A DNA stretch of 24,000 nucleotides, from contig JAEYYB010000036.1 in the NCBI GenBank assembly GCA_023430975.1, forward strand, positions 158,075 through 182,074. The letters are read 5' to 3'. Of the stretch, positions 15,553 through 24,000 are shown in pieces. A program made the position numbers and the translations under genes. The notes under the pieces are model-generated. The model was not told the origin of the DNA and did not search any database. It worked only from the letters and a program-made list of their open reading frames with translations. Source of the DNA: Bacillota bacterium. Lineage in GTDB: Bacteria > Bacillota > Clostridia > Acetivibrionales > DSM-2933. Position 1 is the first letter of the stretch. Each line of letters opens with the position of its first letter.

Positions 15553-15568
15553 TATACCTCCTTTATAG

Positions 15569-16063
15569 TTATATATTCCCTCCGAACAAATACTCTTTAA
15601 GACTTTTGATGTGTTTTCTCTCACCTACAATCACAATAGTAGTTTCAGCTACCAAAACGTAGTTTGCCTGTGGATTAATACACTTTTGGTGATCTCTCCC
15701 AATGGCAGCAATAATGGTTGCCCCTGTTTTTTGACGTACTTCCAATTCTCCTATGGTTTTTCCAATACATTTTGAGCTAGCTTCTATTTTATACCACTCA
15801 ACAACCAGGTTATCCAGGATTACATCCTTTGTATCCAAATCTTTCGGCTTGTATGCCAGTCCCCCAATAATTGCCGCAACTGATCTTGCATCTTCATCAT
15901 TTAATGTAATCATTGATATGCTCTCATCAGGATCATCATGGTAGAAGTGATACAGTTCACGCCGCCCGTCATCATGTACAATAATGACTAATTTGTCCCC
16001 TCCACGCACTTCAATTTCAAACTTTCTGCCTATTCCAGGCAAATCAGATTCTCTGATATTCAT
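15569..16063 (-). CDS. khtT: K+/H+ antiporter regulatory subunit with RCK_C/TrkA-C domain (KhtT/YhaT-like)
   Basis: 'MNIRESDLPGIGRKFEIEVRGGDKLVIIVHDDGRRELYHF' is very similar to the remembered B. subtilis KhtT. There is a C-terminal TrkA-C-like region. ATG at 16063 is preceded by GGAGGG. Confidence 0.85.
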   Translation of the reverse strand: MNIRESDLPGIGRKFEIEVRGGDKLVIIVHDDGRRELYHFYHDDPDESISMITLNDEDARSVAAIIGGLAYKPKDLDTKDVILDNLVVEWYKIEASSKCIGKTIGELEVRQKTGATIIAAIGRDHQKCINPQANYVLVAETTIVIVGERKHIKSLKEYLFGGNI

Positions 16064-16092
16064 AGTACCCTCCATTTGTGTGCTTTTTTGAA

Positions 16093-16131
16093 TATAAAAA
16101 AGTGGGAAAAGACACTTCTGTGCCTTTTTCC
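16093..16131 (-). terminator. Rho-independent terminator after ntpD
   Basis: The minus-strand RNA GGAAAAAGGCAC-AGAA-GUGUCUUUUCCC forms 11 of 12 pairs including one G-U, followed by ACUUUUUUAUAUU. It lies 52 nt after the ntpD stop and about 30 nt before the khtT ATG. Confidence 0.6.
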
Positions 16132-16182
16132 AATGTAAGCTTTATTGAACACTTTAGCTTTCACATTTTTACAAGCTTAGGC

Positions 16183-16854
16183 TTAGCTTATGTTATTCTG
16201 CTTTACCATATCCTTTCTGGAACGCTCAATCATAAGATCCTTTACTTTCATAAGCCTTGTAAGGTTTCCACGCTCATTTTCATCAAGCTTCATCGAAATA
16301 TATTTGATAGTTTCCTCAAGCTGTGGTATAAGTACATATTCCAGAGCACTTACCCTGCGGCGTGTTTTCTCAATTTCCTCCGCCAGCAGCTGAACAGAAT
16401 TCTCCAGTTGTGCAAGCTTCACCATATCAGGGAGCAACCCTGACAAAAATTCTATTGAAGCATCTAATTCACATCTGGTAAATGCAAATCCATATGGATG
16501 AATATTCATCTCAACCAAATCAGGATATTCAAGTGAGAATTCTGGAACTTCCACCCCCATAATATTTTGCATCGTACACTTTATGCCTGCCCACTGCTTG
16601 GGAAGCATCAATGCCTCCTGCATCATCTCGTAATCTATAAAATATTGGGCATTAAGAAAATTTTTATGAAACCTGACAAGCTGCTCTTCCAAATTACTAC
16701 GCAGTTCCTTGTTTCTGGCTGCCATATCCAGAAACTGCTTCATCATCTCATCCCTTTTATCCTTAAGAAGCTTATATCCTCTACGTGCAACCTGTAATCT
16801 TTTTTTTATTCGCGACAGTTCCATACGGGTTGGATTCACACGCATAACAGCCAT
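16183..16854 (-). CDS. ntpD: V-type ATP synthase subunit D
   Basis: 'MAVMRVNPTRMELSRIKKRLQVARRGYKLLKDKRDEMM' is the canonical V/A-ATPase D N-terminus. ATG at 16854 lies 6 nt after GGAGG. The 30-aa extension in the track (start 16944) is unsupported. Confidence 0.9.
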   Translation of the reverse strand: MAVMRVNPTRMELSRIKKRLQVARRGYKLLKDKRDEMMKQFLDMAARNKELRSNLEEQLVRFHKNFLNAQYFIDYEMMQEALMLPKQWAGIKCTMQNIMGVEVPEFSLEYPDLVEMNIHPYGFAFTRCELDASIEFLSGLLPDMVKLAQLENSVQLLAEEIEKTRRRVSALEYVLIPQLEETIKYISMKLDENERGNLTRLMKVKDLMIERSRKDMVKQNNIS

Positions 16855-16943
16855 ATAATACCTCCATCTGTGCTTAATAGAGCAATTCTCTTCCAACAAA
16901 TATGGTTTAAATTCATACTCAACTCTTATCCTGCACTTTTTCA

Positions 16944-18332
16944 CTATTCGCTATCCACTTTATACTTATTTAAATATTTTATAATATACTCATCTCTTAT
17001 TCTTTTCAATTCTCCTATAGGAAGCTCAGCCAGCAACTTCCAACCCATTTCCAGCGTGCTTTCAATGCCTCGGTTTTCGTTGAACCCCTGTGAAACATAC
17101 TGTTCTTCAAAGGAATCTGCAAACCTTGCATAAAGCTTATCAACCTCTGACAGTGCTCCTTCACCTAATATTATTGCCAGTTCTTTGGCTTCCTTCCCTC
17201 TTGCATATGCTGAAAAAAGCTGATTCATAGTGTCCGAATGGTCTTCTCTTGTTTTTCCCTTCCCAATTCCTTTATCCTTCAATCTCGAAAGAGAAGGTAA
17301 AACATCAATGGGTGGAATAACTCCTTTTCTATATAACTCCCGACTCAATATAATCTGCCCTTCTGTTATATACCCTGTTAGATCAGGAATTGGATGGGTC
17401 TTGTCATCCTCAGGCATTGAAAGAATCGGAATTAAGGTGATACTCCCTTCCAGTCCTATCTTTCTTCCTGCTCTCTCATATAAAGTTGCAAGATCTGTAT
17501 ACAAGTATCCAGGATAACCTCTTCTGCCTGGTACTTCCTTTCTTGAGGCCGATACTTCACGCAATGCCTCTGCATAATTAGTTACATCTGTCATGATTAC
17601 CAAAACATGCATATGCATCTCAAAGGCAAGATATTCGGCAGCAGTCAGTGCCATTCTAGGCGTTGCAATACGCTCAACAGCCGGATCATTTGCAAGGTTT
17701 ATAAACAGTACAGACTGATTCATTGCACCTGTGTTTTCCAATTCCTTTTTAAAAAAATCAGCCTCTTCAAAGGTAATTCCCATGGCAGCAAATACAACAG
17801 CGAATTTACTGTCTGTGCCAAGCACCTTTGCCTGGCGGGCAATCTGGGCTGCTAGCTGTGCATGTGGCAAGCCGGAGCCTGAAAAGATCGGAAGTTTCTG
17901 TCCTCTCACCAGCGTATTTAGCCCATCAATGGCAGATATTCCAGTCTGAATAAACTCTGAAGGGTAATTTCTTGCTGTTGGATTCATAGGAACACCGTTT
18001 ATGTCCATACGTGCCTCAGGTATGATATCAGGCCCTCCATCTATAGGTTTCCCAAGTCCGTTAAACACTCTTCCCAGCATATCTGCCGATACTTGAAGCT
18101 CAATTCCTCTTCCCATGAACCTTACTTTGCTTTCTGAGACATTTATTCCAGCAGAGCTTTCGAACAATTGAAGCAGGGCTGCATCCCTGTTGACTTCCAG
18201 AACACGGCAGAAACGCACTTCACCGTTTGGCAGTTCTATCTCACCCAATTCTCCATATTTTACTCCCTGAACCTGCCTTACCAGCATTAAAGGTCCTGCA
18301 ACTTCAGATATTGTTTTATACTCTCTTATCAT
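16944..18332 (-). CDS. ntpB: V-type ATP synthase subunit B
   Basis: '[18 protein letters not shown]...' through '...[12 protein letters not shown]' is the typical non-catalytic B subunit. The ATG at 18332 overlaps the ntpA stop (ATGA) and follows GGAGGG. Confidence 0.95.
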   Translation of the reverse strand: MIREYKTISEVAGPLMLVRQVQGVKYGELGEIELPNGEVRFCRVLEVNRDAALLQLFESSAGINVSESKVRFMGRGIELQVSADMLGRVFNGLGKPIDGGPDIIPEARMDINGVPMNPTARNYPSEFIQTGISAIDGLNTLVRGQKLPIFSGSGLPHAQLAAQIARQAKVLGTDSKFAVVFAAMGITFEEADFFKKELENTGAMNQSVLFINLANDPAVERIATPRMALTAAEYLAFEMHMHVLVIMTDVTNYAEALREVSASRKEVPGRRGYPGYLYTDLATLYERAGRKIGLEGSITLIPILSMPEDDKTHPIPDLTGYITEGQIILSRELYRKGVIPPIDVLPSLSRLKDKGIGKGKTREDHSDTMNQLFSAYARGKEAKELAIILGEGALSEVDKLYARFADSFEEQYVSQGFNENRGIESTLEMGWKLLAELPIGELKRIRDEYIIKYLNKYKVDSE

Positions 18333-20107
18333 TCTGCCCTCCATTCAGTACTTGAATAAAGAACCTCCATCTGAGCATTAAGTTCTTTTTCAATTCCGGT
18401 GAATTTTTCATCCATATCTGCTTCACTAACATATTTTGCCCTGCCTATTCTTTCCCTGACAGGCATCGTAAAAATTTTATCCATATGGATACCTTTATCC
18501 AATGCCTCGCACCCAAGAACATAAAAATTCATCAACATTTTAAGCATCCTGTACTGCTTTTCGGGAGAAGTATAGGTATCAACCTCATGGAAGGCATTTT
18601 GATGCAGATAATCCTCACGAATTGACTTGGCAGTTTCCAGTATAAGGCGGTCATTTGCTGAAAGTGCATCAACGCCTACCAGCTTTACAATCTCCTCCAA
18701 CTCAATCTCTTTTTGCAAAATACGCATAACATCAGTTCTGAGCTTTTTCCAGTCATCAGCTATTTTTTCACTGTTCCATACATCCAATCTGTCAAGATAC
18801 AAGGAGTAGCTGTTAATCCAGTGAATGGCCGGAAAATGCCTCCTGTAGGCTAGACTTGAATCCAGTGCCCAGAAAACCTTTACGATACGAAGTGTAGCCT
18901 GTGCCACAGGTTCTGAAATGTCACCCCCGGGAGGTGATACAGCCCCTATTACAGTAAGTGTCCCTTTTCTCTCGTCAGTTCCCAGGCATATTACCTTACC
19001 TGCTCTTTCATAAAACTGTGCTAAACGGGAACCCAGATATGCAGGATAACCTTCTTCTCCTGGCATTTCTTCAAGACGTCCACTCATTTCCCTCAGTGCT
19101 TCGGCCCAGCGTGAAGTAGAGTCAGCCATAAGTGCCACGTTATATCCCATATCCCTGAAATATTCTGCAATGGTAATACCTGTATAAATAGACGCTTCCC
19201 TTGCAGCCACAGGCATATCGGAGGTATTTGCGATAAGAACAGTTCTGCTCATTAAAGATTCTCCTGTTCGGGGATCCTTCAAGGCCGGAAACTCTCTCAA
19301 AACGTCTGTCATCTCATTTCCCCGCTCTCCACAGCCTACATATACTACAATTTCAGCATCTGCCCATTTGGACAACTGATGCTGCACAACAGTCTTGCCA
19401 CTGCCAAATGGTCCTGGAATAGCAGCTACGCCGCCCTTAACAATAGGAAAAAATGTATCTATTACTCTCTGCCCTGTAATTAAAGGCTCATCGGGTGTCA
19501 ACTTTTCTTTGTAGGGTCTCCCCTTGCGTACAGGCCACTTTTGCAGCATTGTCACCTTTTTTAGCTCACCTTTGTCGTTGCGAATAGTTGCCACGGGCTC
19601 CTCAATTGTAAACTCTCCGGCATGTATTTCTTCAATTACTCCCAACACTCCATATGGTATCATTATCCTGTGCTCTATTAAGGCAGTTTCTTTGACTGTT
19701 CCGATAATATCTCCCTCTGCTACCCGGGTGCCTTTAGTAAGAATCGGCTCAAAAGTCCAGGGTTTATTCCGATTTAGGGATTTAATTTCAATTCCCCTAA
19801 TAATATGGTTTCCTACCATTTCCCGCATGTCCTCCAGCGGCCGCTGGATACCGTCAAACAGCTGGCCTATAATCCCAGGTCCCAGCTCCACACTCAAGGG
19901 ACTCCCGCTAGATATAACATGTTCTCCCGGCCCAAGTCCTGCTGTTTCCTCATATACCTGTATTGACGCTTTGTCACCGTGTACTTCTATAATTTCTCCT
20001 GTCAATTTATGTTCACCTATACGAACCACATCAAACATATTTACATCTCTCATTCCCTCTGCAATAATTAGAGGGCCTGAAACCTTGACAATAGTTCCCT
20101 GTACCAT
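18329..20107 (-). CDS. ntpA: V-type ATP synthase catalytic subunit A
   Basis: 592 aa. Walker A 'GPFGSGKT'. Also '[12 protein letters not shown]' and '[22 protein letters not shown]'. GGAGGA lies 5 nt before the ATG. Confidence 0.95.
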   Translation of the reverse strand: MVQGTIVKVSGPLIIAEGMRDVNMFDVVRIGEHKLTGEIIEVHGDKASIQVYEETAGLGPGEHVISSGSPLSVELGPGIIGQLFDGIQRPLEDMREMVGNHIIRGIEIKSLNRNKPWTFEPILTKGTRVAEGDIIGTVKETALIEHRIMIPYGVLGVIEEIHAGEFTIEEPVATIRNDKGELKKVTMLQKWPVRKGRPYKEKLTPDEPLITGQRVIDTFFPIVKGGVAAIPGPFGSGKTVVQHQLSKWADAEIVVYVGCGERGNEMTDVLREFPALKDPRTGESLMSRTVLIANTSDMPVAAREASIYTGITIAEYFRDMGYNVALMADSTSRWAEALREMSGRLEEMPGEEGYPAYLGSRLAQFYERAGKVICLGTDERKGTLTVIGAVSPPGGDISEPVAQATLRIVKVFWALDSSLAYRRHFPAIHWINSYSLYLDRLDVWNSEKIADDWKKLRTDVMRILQKEIELEEIVKLVGVDALSANDRLILETAKSIREDYLHQNAFHEVDTYTSPEKQYRMLKMLMNFYVLGCEALDKGIHMDKIFTMPVRERIGRAKYVSEADMDEKFTGIEKELNAQMEVLYSSTEWRAE

Positions 20108-20156
20108 ATTGTCCTCCTTTTACCAGTATTAACATCAATGTATTGCATATAACGAG

Positions 20157-20474
20157 TTACTCACGAAACAAGATATCGGCACCCACTGCTTTTTCAACAG
20201 CCTTCCGTATACCTTTCATGCCTATTTCCAATGAACCGTTTACTCCAGGTATGGGTATTACCGCGGGATATTTTTTAGCGTTATATTTACTTATTTCTGG
20301 AATCATCTTCAACGCAAGCTGTTCAATAATAAAAACAACTGCATATTGCTCTCCTTCCAACTGCTGCAGCAGTTTACCAGCCTCATCTGCATCCTCAACC
20401 GGATATGTTGAAACTCCAAGAGCCTTAAAGGCAAGTATACTGTGTTTATCCCCCATAACAGCAATTTTATGCAT
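20157..20474 (-). CDS. ntpF: V-type ATP synthase subunit F
   Basis: 105 aa, 'MHKIAVMGDKHSILAFKALGV'. It has the typical size and sits between C and A. It overlaps the ntpC stop by 8 nt. Confidence 0.85.
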   Translation of the reverse strand: MHKIAVMGDKHSILAFKALGVSTYPVEDADEAGKLLQQLEGEQYAVVFIIEQLALKMIPEISKYNAKKYPAVIPIPGVNGSLEIGMKGIRKAVEKAVGADILFRE

Positions 20475-21486
20475 AGACTTTTCTCAACCTTTCTCTAATC
20501 AGCGTTCCTGATATGCCATAGGCTTTTCCCGTCATAATCGTTCTGACATCACGTATTTCAGTTTCCTTGTTCAAAAGGTATCCAACCAGAGGCTCCAGAC
20601 CGTCTATCGCGTCCTTACCTTTTTTTATAAATAAAGCTTTGAACTCATATAGCAGTCCTTCCTGATTCATGGAACTGTTGTGGAAATTTACATGTGCCGG
20701 CATTTTTTCGGCAATATGATAAAAAGGTGAATACTTTAAAATTTCCGATGCCAATTCTTTAGAAGCTTTTATTTTTTCACTCCATATTTCCATAGGAATA
20801 TATCCACCAGGCAATAATACATTTTCAATGAATCCATTATCCTTTTTTAGATGTTTTAATCTCAAAAATGTTGAAATATTTTTCAAATCTACAGTTCCTG
20901 CCACAAAGTCCTGAAGAAATCTATATCCGTAAGAATCAGCCATTGCCCTCATCTGCCTGTAACAAGCCTTATCCATTATAGTATCCACTGCCTGAGGATC
21001 TCCTGTATGATGAAATTCTTCCATGGCTTGCTCTACAGCTAAACTCATAATATGCGACATTTCAGTATATTTTCTGCTCCTTATCATTTGCTTGATTTTT
21101 TCAGGAGAAGTTGGGCCCCAATCGTACAAAAGCCCTTGAAGATTTTCATGTCCACTAAACTCGGCTTTCATCAACACCTTTACGTTGTGAAAATCCCGAG
21201 CCTGCAAAAATATATTAAAAATATCTGGAACTGGAGCTAATTCTTTCATTAGCTTAAACAGCTTTTTATATTCTTCTGCCAGCAGTACTTCGTGATTGAC
21301 ATTTAATACGTCTTCAGAGCCGCTCTCCTTATCTCCATAATGTACCTCTTCCAGTATTCCCATTGCATCCTTAGGAGTAGCCGCATCAATAAGCCTATTC
21401 ATTATTTCATGATCCAGAAGTCTCTTTTCAATAGCCCTGATCCTTGATACTGCATAAATGTATTCTGATTTTGTTATCCAAGACAA
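20467..21486 (-). CDS. ntpC: V-type ATP synthase subunit C (eukaryotic d-like)
   Basis: 339 aa, 'YIYAVSRIRAIEKRLL...'. Size and operon position fit subunit C. TTG start at 21486 lies 9 nt after AGGAG. Confidence 0.8.
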   Translation of the reverse strand: MSWITKSEYIYAVSRIRAIEKRLLDHEIMNRLIDAATPKDAMGILEEVHYGDKESGSEDVLNVNHEVLLAEEYKKLFKLMKELAPVPDIFNIFLQARDFHNVKVLMKAEFSGHENLQGLLYDWGPTSPEKIKQMIRSRKYTEMSHIMSLAVEQAMEEFHHTGDPQAVDTIMDKACYRQMRAMADSYGYRFLQDFVAGTVDLKNISTFLRLKHLKKDNGFIENVLLPGGYIPMEIWSEKIKASKELASEILKYSPFYHIAEKMPAHVNFHNSSMNQEGLLYEFKALFIKKGKDAIDGLEPLVGYLLNKETEIRDVRTIMTGKAYGISGTLIRERLRKVYA

Positions 21487-21539
21487 GACGCATCACTCCT
21501 TTCATTCATGCAATTCTAAGGTATAATATAATGTGGTTT

Positions 21540-22142
21540 TCATCGTACACCAAGTAAAGAATATACTAATTCCTCCAAGTTTTCCTTTTGTGTACGGAAT
21601 AAAGCTTCAAAAGAAAAGTTTATTTCCATATCCCCTATTATAAGGATAAAGCCGCCTTTAATGTCCGCCGTTTTATAAGACAGCACTAAGCCCACCTGAG
21701 CTCCCTTTTCCTCCGTCAAAGCAGTCACACGCTCAAGAAGAATTTCTCCTAAAGATTGCCTATCTTTTTTTGATAAGACAATTTCAGCCTTTTCTCCTTG
21801 TATAGCATTTACAATCATATTTGCCATGAACTCACAGTACTGCTCACGAGGCATACTGGAAAGCCTTTCCATCGCCATATTAAATGTCTTCTGCACCAAT
21901 TCCTGTTTTACTCTCATTATTTCTTTCCTGACTTCCATATCATTTAACGCAATACATCTTTTTTCCAGATCACCAGCTTTCTTTTGGGCCTGCTCCAAAA
22001 TGGTTTTTCTTTTTATATCAGCTTCCTCCCGGGCCGACTTTAGAATTTCATCGGCTTCCTTTTTTGCTTTTTTTACATATTCAGCAGCTTCGGCATTCGC
22101 ATCTTTCAGAATTCGATCTCTAATCCTCTCAATTCCTGTCAT
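21540..22142 (-). CDS. ntpE: V-type ATP synthase subunit E
   Basis: Charged coiled-coil N-terminus 'IERIRDRILKDANAEAAEYVKKAKKEADEIL'. AGGAG lies 9 nt from the ATG at 22142 but only 3 nt from the ATG at 22148, so the second ATG is preferred. Confidence 0.85.
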   Translation of the reverse strand: MTGIERIRDRILKDANAEAAEYVKKAKKEADEILKSAREEADIKRKTILEQAQKKAGDLEKRCIALNDMEVRKEIMRVKQELVQKTFNMAMERLSSMPREQYCEFMANMIVNAIQGEKAEIVLSKKDRQSLGEILLERVTALTEEKGAQVGLVLSYKTADIKGGFILIIGDMEINFSFEALFRTQKENLEELVYSLLGVR

Positions 22143-22166
22143 ATTCATAAGCTCCTTGATTCATTT

Positions 22167-22637
22167 TTAAACTTTTCCGATAATGAGAATGGAAACAATC
22201 AGTGCAATAATGGCAAACATCTCTGCCATAAGAATCAAAGTAAGAGCTCTTCCCATGGCTTCCCCGCGTTTTGCAATCATTTGCATGCAGGCAACCGTAA
22301 TACGCCCTTGGTAAATGGCAGAAACCAAACCTACAAATGCTGTAGGAATCGCCGCTGCAAAAAGCATCAAACCACTCTCAATACTAAGTGAATTTCCTGT
22401 CATTTTATTTAAAATCAAAAATGCAACTACAAAGCCGTAAATGGCCTGTGTACAGTTTGTAGCCTGAAGCACCATAACGGTACCGAATTTATTGGGCTCT
22501 TCTGCCAATACACCGGCACCCGCCTGTCCAGCTCTTCCCATACCTATGCTGCAACCTATTCCCGCAATAAAAAACGCAACTACCGCTCCAAAAATAGCCC
22601 AAATATTACCTGTCATTCCCCAAAATAGAGTATCCAC
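22167..22637 (-). CDS. ntpK: V-type ATP synthase proteolipid subunit K (4-TM c-ring subunit)
   Basis: 156 aa with four hydrophobic helices and a single carboxylate, E139, in 'LMAEMFAI'. It aligns by eye end-to-end with my recollection of Enterococcus hirae NtpK. GTG start lies 8 nt after AAGGAGG. Confidence 0.9.
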   Translation of the reverse strand: MDTLFWGMTGNIWAIFGAVVAFFIAGIGCSIGMGRAGQAGAGVLAEEPNKFGTVMVLQATNCTQAIYGFVVAFLILNKMTGNSLSIESGLMLFAAAIPTAFVGLVSAIYQGRITVACMQMIAKRGEAMGRALTLILMAEMFAIIALIVSILIIGKV

Positions 22638-24000
22638 AACTATTTCCTCCTTCTAGTTTAATAAATTTTTTGTGTGCTTTTAGAGGCTGGAAAGGAACTC
22701 CGCCTCCTTCGTAAAATCTTCCAAAAAACTCAATATACTGAAGCCTGCTGGAATGCACATATGCACTAAGCATAGCAATTCCAAAATTCAGCGTATGCCC
22801 TAACGCCAATACAACCACAAAGAAAATTATTTTCAAAGGATTATTAATACCATTCATAATTGCTATCTCATAAACAATAGAACCAATAACAGATGTTGCA
22901 AGTCCCAAGGCCATCAATCTGGAATAGGAAAGCACATCACTCATAAATTTTACTACTTCATAAAGTTTAGCCGCACCGGCGGATAATCTTAAAAATATGT
23001 TCTTGTTCGTTCTGCCCTGTGTAAGCAGTATAATAATACCTCCAGACAGCATCATGTATTTACCGACCGTTACAGCCTGCTCAAAATTGCCTGTTCCTGC
23101 ATTGAAAACAAGAGGCAGTACAAATAATACAAAGCCGGTAAAAAATACGTACCATACTGCTACATCCATCAAAATATCCAGATACTTTTTCTTTCTGAAT
23201 AAATTGTATCCTTTGACTCCTATTCCTACATAAATGTGAATGATTCCAAGAAGTAGCGTCCACTGCAGGAATTCCTCAGGCTTTTCAAGTGGATTAAGCC
23301 AGATATTGTGTTCAGCCAAACCAGGAATTCCAAACCAGCCGCCGAACATAGCCCCCCAGAAGACCGCCGAAAAGCCGCAGTACCTCAATAATTTAAAAAG
23401 CTGGGTCATACCCTTTTCCAACTTGTTTTTAAATAATACGATAGTACTTATTGCTATCATAATAACCCCATAAATAGCATCGCCTACCATAAACCCATAA
23501 AATAAAATGAAAAAAATAGCTGTGATAAAATTGGGATCCACTTCTTTAGGAGAAGGTAGACTATACATTCCTGTAACAGCCTCTACCGACTGTCCTACGG
23601 AATTGTTCTCCAGCAGCACCGGATATTCCTCGTTAGGCTCTGGCTTTTGAACATGGGTTGCACAGTCCCATTTGTTTTGCAATTTATCAACTATACATTG
23701 GGTAAGGTGTGCCGGAATCCAGCCTTCCAATCTGAAAGTTCTTTGTGTGCTTTCCAGATGACTGAAGCTCTTTTTTCTGTCTCTGTTCATCAACAGATAA
23801 TCATATAGAACCTCCAGTTTGTCAATGTGCTTTGCATAGTCCTCCATTTTTTCTTCACTTCTTCGCTGCTCGCAGTCCAGTTCTTTCATTTTTGCAAGTG
23901 CACGTTTTATATTCTCCTGTGCAGTTCCTTTCAAATCACTGAACATCACCTTAGTAAAACCATAATCCTTTAGTACTCTTCCTACTTCACCTGCAACTGC
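22606..24000 (-). CDS. ntpI: V-type ATP synthase subunit I (a-subunit-like stator/channel), 5' end outside the window
   Basis: The frame stays open from the stop at 22606 to the window edge. The codons upstream of the track start read AVAGEVGRVLKDYGFTKV with no stop. There is a coiled-coil N-terminal part and a polytopic C-terminal half ('LSYSRLMALGLATSVIG', 'HSSRLQYIEFF'). Confidence 0.85.
   Translation of the reverse strand, partial: AVAGEVGRVLKDYGFTKVMFSDLKGTAQENIKRALAKMKELDCEQRRSEEKMEDYAKHIDKLEVLYDYLLMNRDRKKSFSHLESTQRTFRLEGWIPAHLTQCIVDKLQNKWDCATHVQKPEPNEEYPVLLENNSVGQSVEAVTGMYSLPSPKEVDPNFITAIFFILFYGFMVGDAIYGVIMIAISTIVLFKNKLEKGMTQLFKLLRYCGFSAVFWGAMFGGWFGIPGLAEHNIWLNPLEKPEEFLQWTLLLGIIHIYVGIGVKGYNLFRKKKYLDILMDVAVWYVFFTGFVLFVLPLVFNAGTGNFEQAVTVGKYMMLSGGIIILLTQGRTNKNIFLRLSAGAAKLYEVVKFMSDVLSYSRLMALGLATSVIGSIVYEIAIMNGINNPLKIIFFVVVLALGHTLNFGIAMLSAYVHSSRLQYIEFFGRFYEGGGVPFQPLKAHKKFIKLEGGNSCGYSILGNDR

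Noticed and set aside
14477-15944. Plus-strand ORFs 14477..14752, 14813..15220 and 15753..15944 opposite khtU and khtT.
   Set aside because: They are shadow frames of a hydrophobic membrane-protein gene and its regulator. They have no SD and no recognisable motifs.
16064-16182. c-di-AMP (ydaO/kimA-type) riboswitch or an independent promoter upstream of khtT.
   Set aside because: The 119-nt gap is largely occupied by the ntpD terminator hairpin. There are no pseudo-symmetric ACGR/CCGA-type riboswitch features and no acceptable -35/-10 pair.
3353-16944. N-terminal extensions given by the longest-ORF track at 3353, 3907, 4660, 5538, 8698, 13354, 15624, 16075, 16944, 18344 and 22148.
   Set aside because: In each case an internal ATG or GTG has a properly spaced SD and matches the family N-terminus. 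The extended start lacks an SD or overlaps the upstream gene.
18329-20107. Intein or insertion in the catalytic A subunit, as occurs in some archaeal and yeast V/A-ATPases.
   Set aside because: At 592 aa the protein has the normal bacterial length. The sequence is continuous through the P-loop and 'GERGNEM' regions with no extra block.
16078-23473. Plus-strand and nested ORFs across the ntp operon. These include the 121-aa 16078..16443, the 202-aa 19524..20132, the 122-aa 20143..20511 and the 114-aa 21826..22170, plus 16190, 16567, 16870, 17230, 17607, 17731, 18627, 21052, 22997, 23081 and 23240.
   Set aside because: All are antisense or out of frame to highly conserved V-ATPase subunits. 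Their S/P/I/F-rich translations are typical shadow ORFs. ORF 16078..16443 additionally runs through the ntpD terminator.

Overview
This is a low-GC, Clostridia-like (Firmicutes) chromosomal segment. Its content is mostly ordinary signalling, ion-homeostasis and housekeeping genes. I saw no rRNA, tRNA, CRISPR array, transposase, integrase or phage genes.

The left ~14 kb is almost entirely plus-strand. It carries:
- a divergent pair of an HD-GYP phosphodiesterase and a MASE3-like/PAS histidine kinase;
- five small unrelated genes (PNPOx-like flavoprotein, SAM methyltransferase, Dabb barrel, a HEAT-like fragment, a TfoX-C-like protein);
- a decayed DUF6544-like pseudogene;
- serC;
- a PadR-family regulator with a perfect 19-bp palindromic operator, followed by an MGT-family glycosyltransferase, a YjdF/DUF2992-like gene and a TIGR04076 gene;
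- a cheW-mcp-cheR cluster.

The right ~10 kb is entirely minus-strand. It carries a V-type ATPase operon (ntpI, partial at the window edge, then K-E-C-F-A-B-D) followed directly by the KhtT/KhtU K+/H+ antiporter pair.

I did not find a convincing wholly new multi-gene system. The best candidate is the PadR / glycosyltransferase / YjdF-like / TIGR04076 unit, read as an aromatic-xenobiotic response operon that links two families of unknown function.

Other points worth a second look:
- a full Na+-ligand signature in the V-ATPase c-ring subunit, and its linkage to KhtTU;
- a ~45-50 bp intergenic element present twice, 6.7 kb apart;
- a gene-orientation and skew switch at ~14.2 kb with Xer/dif-like half-sites;
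- an NWETF-like 'NFGKY' C-terminus on the MCP, next to cheR;
- several small decay or slippage signatures.

All family assignments come from motif recognition by eye, not from database searches.
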